This document shows, piece by piece, positions 22,699 to 33,992 of a stretch of 64,000 nucleotides of DNA (positions within the stretch are counted from its first letter, which is position 1; the number at the start of each line of letters is the position of its first letter). Below the pieces are notes generated by a model. The model searched no databases. It had not been told where the DNA came from and worked only from the letters and a program-made list of their open reading frames with translations. The stretch is from Macrostomum lignano. Taxonomy: Eukaryota. Where the stretch lies: contig NIVC01003728.1 in NCBI GenBank assembly GCA_002269645.1, forward strand, positions 16,219 through 80,218, read 5' to 3'. A program made the translations under genes and the position numbers.

Positions 22699-24225
22699 CT
22701 GGCACCCTTGCTGCCTTTAGTACCCACTTGGCGCCCAAAGGCAGCTGCCTGATGTCTCTGCCCTGTCTTTGTTTAGTTTATAGGCCTATAAAATTTTATG
22801 ACTGTCCTTAGGCCCTAATTATTTAAAATAACAAAAAAGTAAAGTAGGGCCTCATTGTATTTGTAGTAAAAAAATAAATAAAAACAATAAAAAATTGATA
22901 GGGCCTATGCTATAGCACAAAATATATAGGCCCTATGTGTCAAATGGGGCCTATAAAATTTTAATATATAGGCCCTATGACTTTCATTTTGCTAACAAAA
23001 GGCTAAGTAGGCCTAATGCTTATGTTAAGTACTAATAGTGTAATACTATAATATAGTATTATAGTCTATAGTCTATATTGGATAAAATAATCTTAATCTA
23101 GAACCTAACTAGGGCCTACTAAAGCATTTAGCATGTTAAATTAGGCCCTATGCAGTATGCTTAGTAATATGTTAAAGCTTCCACTCGAAACTATAGTGGT
23201 CAATAAGTGACAGCTTTAATCTAACTCTAGTCACACCAGTCCATAAAGCAAAGCTCTCCTAGTCGGTCGCCTCGCCGGCAGCCTCCGGCTCCACTTCACT
23301 CTCTCCTCTCCTCAGCAGCCTGGGGCTGGGTCTTGTGCCGCAAATGGAATCACACACAGACACAGTTGAGACAGACAGGAACCGCGGGCGTGATGTAAAT
23401 TCTGTCATTTGGGGCTGAGATCTGAGAAAAGTTGACCACGGGTTTCGAGTGGAAACTGTGTTGTTGAATGTTAAATACTCGTACAGATGATTAGGCAATT
23501 TAATTAGGCGCTCAGGTTTCTGCGAAATTTACGGCATGCGTAAATTATTACAACAAATCTTACGGCTTAAAATCTTACAGAGAGAGGCGAGATTAAATTA
23601 GTAGCAGAACACTCAAATTGATACAGCTTTCTTGAATGAAAGGTTTGTAGCCGTTGTAATGGTTCGACCCTAAAAACGCGATTTTGAGGGAGAACGATTT
23701 CTAATTTTTTACCGCATATTCATGGGCTTTTTGAACTGTCGAAGTTTTTTTCCGAAGGACCACTGTAAAACAGGACGCAAAAACTCAAAGATGTGTATTT
23801 TTTAGGAGGCTAATTTCCTGGAAAAAATACACTGCGGGGATTGGAAAAAATTAATCACTTTTTTATTCACTAAATAATTGGCAGGTTGCATTCATCTAGG
23901 GCAGTGTGAAGATGACCAACATATTAGTCTGATATATTTTAATATAGCTGTGTGCTTGAAAGTTTTCTTTTCATTTTGATTTATTTTTTATTTTTTCTAA
24001 TATTTGTTTATTTTTTCATGGAAAACAATATAAAAAACATTCGGTTTGTCCGAATGAACTTTTTCTGCTTGGGGGGGGGGCTTTTCTGCAGGAAGCTTTA
24101 CCACCGTGGTTTCTTTCACAGCAAAGCAATTTACTGTCGAAGTTTTGGGCACCTTTCTGGCGCTTCTGTACATTCTGTACATTCTGTACAGAAGCGCTTG
24201 TTCTTGTTCTGTTCTGTACTTCTGT

Positions 24226-24433
24226 ACCAGATAGCAAGCATCCCCCCAGATAGCAAGCATCCCCCAGATAGCAAGCATCCCCCAGATAGAAAGTATCCCC
24301 CAGATAGCAAGCATCCCCCAGATAGAAAGTATCCCCCAGATAGCAAGCATCCCCCAGATAGCAAGCATCCCCCAGATAGAAAGTATCCCCCAGATAGCAA
24401 GCATCCCCCAGATAGAAAGTATCCCCCAGATAG
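24226..24433. repeat. 18-bp minisatellite array I (CCCCCAGATAGCAAGCAT / CCCCCAGATAGAAAGTAT)
   Basis: About 11 units of two alternating variants. Confidence 0.95.
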
Positions 24434-24565
24434 TTTCCCTTCATCTATACTTTTTCTTTCTCCTGCCCCAGAATCGCACAAAATGAGAGTTTGATAATAT
24501 TAGGATAAACTATAGCAATCTTGTGCCCATTCGGGGCGGCCATAAGCAATTGGGACAAATATTAA

Positions 24566-24997
24566 TATCCCCCAGATAGCAAGCATCCCCCAGATAGAAA
24601 GTATCCCCCAGATAGCAAGAATCCCCCAGATAGCAAGCATCCCCCAGATAGCAAGCATCCCCCAGATAGAAAGTATCCCCCAGATAGCAAGCATCCCCCA
24701 GGTAGAAAGTATCCCCCAGATAGAAAGTATCCCCTAGATAGCAAGCATCCCCAGATAGAAAGTATCCCCCAGATAGCAAGCATCCCCCAGAAAGAAAGAT
24801 CCCCCAGATACATGTAACTGTAGCAAGCATCCCCCAGATAGAAAGTATCCCCAGATAGCAAGCATCTCCGAAGATATAGCAAGCATCTCCGAAGATATAG
24901 CAAGCATCTCCCAAATAGCAAGTATCCCCCAGATAGCAAGTATCCCCCAGATAGCAGGTATCCCCCAGATAGCAGGTATCCCCCAGACAGCAAGTAT
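24566..24997. repeat. 18-bp minisatellite array II (same family as array I, more degenerate at the 3' end)
   Basis: About 23 units. Separated from array I by about 130 bp of unique sequence. Confidence 0.95.
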
Positions 24998-25019
24998 AGC
25001 TAAGTGCAACAAAGTTCCT

Positions 25020-25280
25020 CAGCTAATGTAAAATAATCGCTTTCTCAGGTAGTGCAATAATCCCTTTCTAAGCTAGTGCAATAATCCCTTTCTAAGCTAG
25101 TGCAATAATCCCTTTCTAAGCTAGTGCAATAATCCCTTCTTCAGCTAGTGCAATAATCCCTTTCTATGCTAATGCCAAAATCCCCTTTTTTAGCCAGTGT
25201 AATAAATAATCCAGTTTTTGTCAATGCAATAATCCCTTTTTCATCGAGTGCAATAATCATTGTCTCATCAAGTGGAATAA
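25020..25280. repeat. 24-bp tandem repeat (GCTAGTGCAATAATCCCTTTCTAA), about 10 units, decaying at both edges
   Basis: Direct reading. Confidence 0.9.
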
Positions 25281-26203
25281 TCCGGCTTGTCTTTAATAAA
25301 TACTTAAATAGAAGCTTTTAATAAAAAATTATTTTATACTACCAGGATTCAATCCCGGTTGCTGCATCAGCAGTTCAGTCTGTTCACGTCTAAGGCTCGT
25401 CGAATTTATAAAATGAAGTTTAACACTATTAAATTTAACACTCTCATCAAGTCAGTTAGAGTAAAAGTTACACGATTACACGAAGCAGTTATGACATAAT
25501 CAATTTCTCAGGCAAATCATGAGTATCAGTCTCAATTAAAGTTAGCAATATGGAACTTACGCAATATAAATCAAGTCTGATGCTATGCTTCCACACTGCG
25601 TTTTCAATTCTGTGATGTAATTCAATTCAGTGTCGAAATTCAGCCAGTACACAGACGATAAAAAAGCCTAGTGTGATGCAATCCTTATTCAGAATACAAA
25701 TTCAGCCAGTCAGGTTTTTCTCGAGCATTCTTACAATGCATTTCAAGTCGAAAAGTCTGCTTGACCTTTGCAAAAACGTATGTTTTTCGATTATTTAATC
25801 CCTTTAGCATCGAGCAGTTTCTTAGCGAAGACACATGTACCGTCACAGGAAAATTTCTGATCGAATGGTGCAAGTTTGAAGACAATCGGTTGAGCCGCTT
25901 TTCTGAAATCGATACCCACAGACAACTCAGTTTTAATATGTGGGACTAGCAATCAGCGCCCCCTGTTGGGGAGCCAACAAAGAATGTCGAATGATATATT
26001 TTTAAAAAATAAACTACATGTAGTTTCTTACCATCAGACTTTATATCTTTAGCCTTGACATCCCAGCAATTACCCCCTAAGAGCCACAGCATTTTGCAGT
26101 TTTCCCTTGCCGTTGAGGCAACAATTAATTTATGTAACCAATAAAGATATCGATTTCCGGTCGGAGAAAAGAAATTAGGAAATATCGGAGAGATTTTTAG
26201 AAT

Positions 26204-28194
26204 TGATGGGTTTCGACCTTTCAGGCCCCTTGTGAGGAAAGCCTTCGGGCCTCAGGCCTCAGAAATAAATCACTTAGAGACCTGGCCCCCCACTCCTGTC
26301 AGATGGTCAGCCCCATGGTAGCTTGATCGTGTGGCGAGCAGTCTAGGTCCTATAGCTAAGAGAGGGACAGCGAGAGACAAGCAGGGAGAATTTTGAAGGT
26401 AGAAATTAGCTAATCCGCAGACTAAGCTAACTCGCTGCCACCAGCCCGTGCGTCCTGGCTCACCACACCGGGACTCTTGAAATCGGGCTTCCGACTAGAA
26501 GGGGCTTTGCACTTACCTGCCGACTAGTGTCTTTTTGCTGTCAATCTCGAAGTCATAGCCGATGATAAGGGACACTGCTGGGACTAGATCGCATTGGCCA
26601 TGCAGGTACAGAGGGGGCTTGTGCAGGGGATTCTTGCAGTGGCGAGTCTATGGGGTAGCTACATGTACTATTACATTGCTAAATACGAAGATATGTACTT
26701 TTGGCCTTCAACGCGCCAACTAGCCTCTCATAGCGCTGATGATAGACTAACTCGAACTTTAGAGATCTCGCATGATTCATTACCCGAGCCGCTTGGCTAA
26801 CCTAGAGCGCACAAAGTACATCTCTGGCGCCGATTCTGCACTTCTGGCAGTTTTGCTCACTGATTTGGTAGATTGATAGACTGAGAACTGCCTTGCCATT
26901 GGTCCACTGTGACCGGCGCCTACTAGCTTAGCTACTCATCTGAGCCATCGGCGAACAAAGAAATAAAACCGATAAAAATGACTGTTAGATTTAACCTTCT
27001 CCTTAGTTCACTTCACACTTCAGATTGAATTGGAGTTTTAGACTACTAGCAGTATTATTGAATGATTTCTGCCTCAGCAACAGCACTACTGAACAAAATG
27101 AGCAAAAGTGTGCGCCTAATCCAGCTACTGAAACAGGAGACAGACAGGGAATCACCCAATCAAGCAAGTCTAGGTAGCCTCTCACCCAACCAATCAGAAA
27201 CTCAACAGCCGGAGACCAGGTAATCCACAGTGACCGAATCGGCTTGATGCTCTGTAGCTGTAGACTCGGGATGATGCTGATACAATCTTCGCTAATAGCT
27301 AGCAGGTGATGATCTTCGCTTGATGTTCGCTGCTGACGACCGGGGGATTCGTCCTTGATGATGATGGGGGGAAGTCGCAATCCGGGGATCAAGAAACGAC
27401 GGTCGCGCTCCGGGAACCAGAAGTTGCGTGCTGGACCCGAGCAAGAGTTGCGTCCGAGCGGGCCAAAAACTCCGGTTTAAATAGCCGCCAACTGGACCGC
27501 AGTTTGTTATAATGGAACACGTCGATTCTGATTGGCTGAGCCGTTTTGTTAAAATGAGCGCCGAATTTTCTGATTGGCTAAGCTTGTTGCTACCCAGAAT
27601 CACGTGACCGAGAGATCCTATCAGTTCCCACAGGGTCGTAAAAAGATGACAGGTGCGGCCATAAATCACTCAAAGTCGCAACAAAATGATTTATGACTTT
27701 TCGCGTAGGATTGACAGAAATTAATGAAAAATATACATTAGAAAGCTCTTATTAAATAGAAAGTGAAGATAATGAAGAGAAATTGCTAATCGCTAATCCC
27801 AAAGTACTTTTAGGGGTAAAACGCATAGCTGTCAAAGCTGTCACACGCTTGAGTGAATCCGAACAATAGGCTCCGACCTCGTAAATCTTGATGGCCTGTC
27901 AAAATGATGAGAAAAAAGCTACCGCCCGCATCCTCTCAGACCATCTGGCGCCCGTCTCAACACTGAGTGAGGCGCAGGTGGCTGTCAGACCAACTTCGGA
28001 AGCGATGATTTACGACCCAAAAAGCTACGCCTATGTTATTATGACTACTAGTATGGCCAGACATTATATCTAGTATAGATTCTATGACAATTTGCAGAAA
28101 AAGGATAAAAATGCCCCTTGCCCACTGTTAGTAGGCAAGTAAGTTTAGAGCCCATGTGCTAGCGCGGGATTTGGGAAAAAGTGCGTCCTCATCA
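26204..28194 (-). repeat. 3' LTR (1991 bp)
   Basis: Matches 43357-45347 at a constant offset of 17153. Five substitutions seen (near 26478, 26617, 26808, 26856, 27955), all transitions. Confidence 0.95.
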
Positions 28195-28198
28195 TATG

Positions 28199-28211
28199 CC
28201 CCCCCCTATTT
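28199..28211 (-). other. Polypurine tract of the LTR element
   Basis: Minus strand AAATAGGGGGGGG-CATA lies immediately before the TG of the 3' LTR. Confidence 0.85.
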
Positions 28212-30466
28212 GTGAGTTGATCGCAGATTAACTCAAAAACAAAGAAGAAAAATGAGCGCAGTTTTGTACAAAATCGCAGCTAGCACATCACAAAGTTAGT
28301 AAAAATAATAGTTACTCACAAATAGGTACTAAAATATTAAATTAACACGCATCCCAAGAAAGGAAATCCCGAAAGAGAAAGAATTTGGGGAAGGGAAAGA
28401 ATGAAGAAAGAAAGGGATCAAAAGAAAGGTGCTTAAAAATAGATATCGCATTTGCCAATACAGTATTAAGTGCGAGATACATGTAAGGGAATAATAAACA
28501 GATAAATTATTGCCGCGCGAGAAGACATAGTTCAAAATGTGCGAGATGGGGTAAACAGCGCATGTTCAACGAGACTAAGCTTCATTGTTCGCATTCGAGT
28601 CAGTCTCGATTCTACCTGTTAAGCCTCTTGATGGCTTAATTCTTTTGCCGCGCGGCCGACCCGAGCCAGGATGGGCGAGGAGCCTGGGAAATGCGTTGCA
28701 CATTCTCCCCTTCCGCCTGTGGAATCCACGTGCCAGGGGTTGCCGTGCTCATCTGACGGCTGCTGGCGAATGGCGACCCTCAGAGGATTAAGGGACCCTC
28801 GAGTCATCTTTGCTGACTGGCTGAGACGCTGCTGGGGGAGGATGACCTCAACCGCCTCGAGTTCGCAGGGAGATAAAAGCGACTGACCACTCGGGTCATC
28901 CGCAAATTATCATTTGCATCTCCGAGTCCTGCAACTCTCGCAACAACGTTTCGCGCGCCAGCCAAAGCCTCGCCACTGCCGCATTTGCTGACTTCGCACC
29001 GAGCCAGACCAGCCTCCGTAGACCTCCAATCTCCAACTGGTAAGTCTCATCTCAGCTTTGCGATACTCTACCGTCCACTTCCACTCAATCAGACAATCCC
29101 AGACCCATCCCACAGTCTCAGCAACTTCAGGGTACACTCCCTCCTGCTCATTTGCCCATTCAGTGCTGTGTAGGATATACGTATATACTTTAAGATGTAT
29201 TATGAATAGAGTTTCAGATAAGAGGCGGAATAATTTTTAACACTAATGTTAAGTTTTAAAAGTTTCCTTCAAAGATTTTTGTCTTCAAAACTCCGCTTCA
29301 ATCGCATTCTCTTCCAAGTTTAGTTCACACAATCCTATTTTGTTTTACACTCAGTATTACTACGTATCAGTAGTATCGCACGGCCGCGAGTTAAGTTTTC
29401 GAATACAATTAAGAATTTCGTATTAATTCAGGCGGACCACTTGTACTTTATTTAAGATTTTACTAGCTTAATCATTCCTAATATTCACCTATATTAATCA
29501 TCTAATCTGACCTAGTACTAAATTTTGCTTACTATTAGTCTCTTTCTTCGCTTCGGCTCAGTGAGTTTAGTAACACGAGAAGTCCTACATTTCAATTTTA
29601 ACTCAGGCCAAGAATCAATTCCAAGGCTGGCATTGCATGTTCTAATTTTGAAAACATTCATGTCAAATTAGGCAAAATAAACAAGCAATCACATACACGC
29701 ACACGACACATAGTTTCCGCCACCATTTGATGAACTTTCTACGAAAAAGGAGAAAAAACGCAAAACACTACTGATATGGATACAAATGGCATGACACAAC
29801 ATTTATAAAATGAGCAAGCGAGAAATTAAGCATTTTGGTTTTACGCACATGTAAAATAATGACACAACATAGAAATAAATACGCGGGAATAAATAGTAAA
29901 ACAACAGTGAATATAAATATGGAAATGCATTTTCAAAGCACCAGGGGGGTATTTACAGGGGGATCAGGGAGGGTACCAAAGACATTATGAGAAAGCAATT
30001 GTTCACGCAATAAGAGGATATATTTACAAGGGGCATAGCAGCACAAAAAGAAAAGAATAGGGGGTTGAAATTTTGCTTTGGCATGACAAAAATTTGGTTG
30101 AGAATTGAACATGAAAATAGAGGCACAGCTCGCCTACTAACCACTACTTAAGCCGAACGGTTTGAGAAAAAATAGTTTCGCACAGATTTGTTCCCACTAA
30201 GCTGCAGCATTACTACTATTCATAAATTACTTCTCTAAACAAACTATTACCGTATTAATTTCTTTGTGCCAATATTTCTGTTCTTAAATAAACTGCTTTT
30301 CATAACTTATCATTTCATTCATAATTTTTCTTAAATTCCTAACTATTATTACTGATTAATTTGACCTAATCACTCTAGAAGTCCAACCTGTTATAATACT
30401 TTAGCCAAAGAGGGGTGGGCAAGGGGAAACCGAGTTGGGCCCCAAACCTCAAAGTTCGCAAGGAAG

Positions 30467-30979
30467 TCAACAGAATGGGAGCATTTGCCCCAATACTAGT
30501 AAATTTCTAGTGTGATAGTCCAAGACAGCAGGCGCGGCTGCCAGAAAAGAGTTGCCCAACAGATGCCTCGTGGCGGGGTCACTGGCGACTAAAAACATTA
30601 CTGGCATGGTTTCAGCCCCTAGGGTGACAATCAGCTTGGACTGACCCACAATCTCTAATCTATGCCCGCTATAGGAATAGATAGAGACTGTAGGGGCTTC
30701 CAACCTGTCCATGTCATCATTAGTGGCCGCCACAAAGTCTCTGAAGGGCAAGATGGAGACTGCCGATCCAGAATCAATGAGAATTCGGAGTGGCAATCTC
30801 TCTACTTGAACTTTCACATACACGTCAGCTCGAGAGCTTTTAAATGGCATAGCCTTCCTGGGAACAATGAAGTCGGGTATGCAACTCACTTTCCTTTTGC
30901 CACCATTTGCTAAATTTGCCCTTGAAAGTCCAGAAGAGGGGTGAGTGTGGGCGCCACCCATCCCTACTCTCAGTTTTCC
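30467..30979 (-). CDS. Retroviral-type aspartic protease ORF (-1 frame relative to gag); terminates with no downstream RT
   Basis: ILIDSGSAVSIL active-site motif and RHLLGNSFL C-terminal motif. The frame is open back through the gag stop region. Confidence 0.88.
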   Translation of the reverse strand, partial: GKLRVGMGGAHTHPSSGLSRANLANGGKRKVSCIPDFIVPRKAMPFKSSRADVYVKVQVERLPLRILIDSGSAVSILPFRDFVAATNDDMDRLEAPTVSIYSYSGHRLEIVGQSKLIVTLGAETMPVMFLVASDPATRHLLGNSFLAAAPAVLDYHTRNLLVLGQMLPFC

Positions 30980-32319
30980 GACCCGGGCGGGAGATAGAAA
31001 GAGGGCCGCTGTTTCTGTGCTCCAGGCGCCGGGGTTGGCGGGGGCCTCAAATTCTCTTCTCCTGTACTGCTCTCTCCCTGGGTAGGAACATGCAGGGGAG
31101 GCGGGCGCGCGCGTGCACTGTTGCGCAACTGCGGGGGCCGGTAAACCTCAGTTCTTTCAGTCTGCTTGGCCGAGTCACCATAAATCGCGTTCTGCCTCAA
31201 TAGTGCGGGCTTCGCTGACAGATTTTGAGATGAAGGGGGCGGGGGCTTGCCCTCAGGCGGTTGGCTAGCTCGCTCAGTATCTTCTACCACGGTGAGGTCT
31301 CCCTCCCACTGATCTGAGTGGCTTATCATGGCCTGATCAATCCTCTCCGCAACCTGACTCATAGCGCCGTAAATCTTGCCGACGGTTTCATCTAGGCTGT
31401 TTTGACGCTGCTGTAAATCTGCCAGTGCCTCTTCTACTTCCCTTCCTTCCTCTGACTCTAGCATGCGGACCCACCTGCGTTGATATTCTCTGTCGCTGGG
31501 GCGATTCTGATCTCTGCTTCTATCGTCCCTACGCTGATCATATCTGGGCTGGTCTCGCGCTAAGCGCCGGGAAATCTCATCTGCCTCTTGGAGATTCTGC
31601 TGCGCTGCCAGCACTTCATCAATGCTGCGAAACTGTTGCCCTAGCAGCGACTTGCGCACATCTGGGGCGATGTCAGCTGTTTCCAAGTAGGCAAAGATCA
31701 CCTCCGACTCTAACTGTCTAGGACTCATGTCGGGGTAAGCAGAAGCTATCACACTACGCACCATGGCCGAATAGGCGTGGTGATTCTGGCCTGCCTTCTG
31801 TTTTAGATTCCGGACCTTGTTCCTCTTCGCTAGTTCTGAGCTGGCCTCTCCTACCTGACGACCTAACCTTTCTATGAATTCCTCAAAGTCAAGGCCGGGA
31901 TGGAGGGCAATAGCAAGACTCTGCAGATCTGGGGGGAGGAGCGAGATTACTGTGCTCTTCTTCTGCTCTCTGTCCCTAATCTCTTCAGATCTGAGTTTGT
32001 ATTTGACTCTGTCAACCCACTGGGGGAAGCAGGATTCTGCTGGGTTGAATTTCTCAACGCTAATCTTGACACTCTGTGTCTCTCTGCCCAATCCGATAGC
32101 TGCAAGGGCTTGCGCTAATTGGGCTGCCATGTCGGCGGCTTGGGGTTGAGGTGGGGCTCTTTGCGGGGATGACCCGCACTCTGATCGCTCGGGGGAGCCT
32201 GAGCCCTGGGACAAAAAATCGCAGGCAGCTGCAGCGGCGGCTGCTGATCCGTTCCTATTCCCTCTACCTCTTCTGCCTCTACCTCCTGACTTACTGGTAC
32301 TGGAATTACATGTTTCCAT
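30970..32319 (-). CDS. Retrotransposon Gag-like capsid protein (about 449 aa from ATG 32319), no CCHC knuckle
   Basis: Intact ORF between the PBS and the protease. KFNP...W, an MHR-like LKQKAGQNHHAYSAMVRSV segment, a coiled coil and a Pro-rich tail ending PGSEN*. Confidence 0.8.
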   Translation of the reverse strand: METCNSSTSKSGGRGRRGRGNRNGSAAAAAAACDFLSQGSGSPERSECGSSPQRAPPQPQAADMAAQLAQALAAIGLGRETQSVKISVEKFNPAESCFPQWVDRVKYKLRSEEIRDREQKKSTVISLLPPDLQSLAIALHPGLDFEEFIERLGRQVGEASSELAKRNKVRNLKQKAGQNHHAYSAMVRSVIASAYPDMSPRQLESEVIFAYLETADIAPDVRKSLLGQQFRSIDEVLAAQQNLQEADEISRRLARDQPRYDQRRDDRSRDQNRPSDREYQRRWVRMLESEEGREVEEALADLQQRQNSLDETVGKIYGAMSQVAERIDQAMISHSDQWEGDLTVVEDTERASQPPEGKPPPPSSQNLSAKPALLRQNAIYGDSAKQTERTEVYRPPQLRNSARARPPPLHVPTQGESSTGEENLRPPPTPAPGAQKQRPSFYLPPGSEN

Positions 32320-33992
32320 AGTTCGGGCACAACACCAGTTGCCGGGACAGAACAAAAGAATGTGAATCTGAACCGGGGCGGAAAAAATGAATGCAATTGG
32401 CTATTAGCCGAATTTGGGTATCTGCTTCAAAGCAAGACAATGTCACACTTGACTCAAAATTTTTCACACCTAAATTCCTCTTGTCTCTGCCTTGAATCCG
32501 ATCTCGGATTTTCTCGAATTGCTGCTTTTAAACTCACTGATTCTCAACTGGGCTGAGGCCACAGCTTTCCGCAGGCTACTACAGTCTCAGTCTCTCTTTC
32601 TCTCTGAGCGGCTCTTTTTGCTTCCGAATAATTTTAATGGGCTAGCAAATCATGGAGGGTCTCTTCAGCTCTTATTAGCCTAAATTGCAGGCGCCAATAT
32701 GTGGGCACCTCATGTGTATTAGAGCTCTCCTGCGTGGTATCGCCACTAGGAAACCGTCCGGGTGCTGCTACGGCTAGACAGATTCACAATCCCCATCAAG
32801 GCTGATCTTTTAGCGGAACTTGGACGTCTGACCCAGCGCGCCCAGTGGCCCCTCTGTGTAGCTTTCGTCAGCATTGACCGGTGAGGGCGGATTACACCTA
32901 ATAAACGATACTCGCGAACAGACAGATAATACACAAGGAGTTAAGCAGGTCCGTAGTGTAGTGTTCACTCCGCAACAAAACCTTTTGGCACGGTCCCTAA
33001 GAATTTTGATCATAGAAAAAGCTACGGGCAGCAGGAAAGTTTGTCAAATATTATGACCCTACGTTATCGGGTCGGGTATTTTTATAGCGGCGAACCACAG
33101 AAGACATCTGTGTCTTGAGTCGGTAGAGTCTGTCCAGACAAAGCTGCGCTCCCCTCCTCTTGCTATCATAAAAATGAATAGCCACGGCGTTTTCTGCTCT
33201 CTGCAGAATCGTTAACCAGAGCGGTAGCTGGAATTCGCACATACTACCATGGCACCGTGTGGGTAATTCTCTCCGCTTTCTTTACTGTATTTACATTAGA
33301 TACCCCTCCAATTCTAAGAAAGAACCGAAAGGGCAAAAGCAAACTTCCAAACCCTAAATTCCGCAACCAGGAAAAATTACTTGTGCACTGGCAAACTGTA
33401 CTACTGAAAGTAATACCTACACACTTTCCAGACTCCTAGGCTAAGCAGATGGTAAATGTACGAACTTAAAGTAACTTCAGACCTCACAATTCTGTACCCA
33501 AACCCAAAGTAGCGTGGCTGTTCCCGCGTTCCGGTAGCCATCAACCCCAGACATATTTTTCAGGACATGGATGTCTGACCCAGCGCATCCAGAGGCCCAA
33601 CGGCACAGCACTTGCCATTGTTAGCCGGAATACCGAGAATTGCGGTGGGAATTTGAGCTCTCCGTTGCCACTTAAAGCGATTTATACCACCAAAGCCCGA
33701 ATAGCGGACAAAAATTCGTGAGAAGCACTCAGATAGAACACCCCGATTTAAATCGAAATGATACTATGATCACACAGTTCGCTAATCCGACTGTCCCGTA
33801 CTAATCTGCTCCAGAGTATAACCTTTGAACCCAAAACCCGTGAGGCCCTGCGTATGAAACCAAGGCTTCGCACATCCAAAAAGCTGCCTGATTCTAAATT
33901 TTGCAAACAAGACAAAAACTACGAGCGCTGTCAGCATTCTATAATGAACGTTTTGGCCGAGGAAGCATTACCATTCGGATAATGGCCTCTTG

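Noticed and set aside
23952-25012. Multiple 90-180 aa ORFs with 6-aa periodicity
   Set aside because: They are open only because the 18-bp unit lacks stops in several frames.
26594-28073. ORFs inside the LTRs, repeated at 43747-45226
   Set aside because: They are short, motif-free and duplicated only because the LTRs are duplicated.
28585-29240. Possible env-like or accessory ORF in the GC-rich 3' region of the LTR element
   Set aside because: All frames are under 80 aa, with no signal peptide, TM segment or motif.
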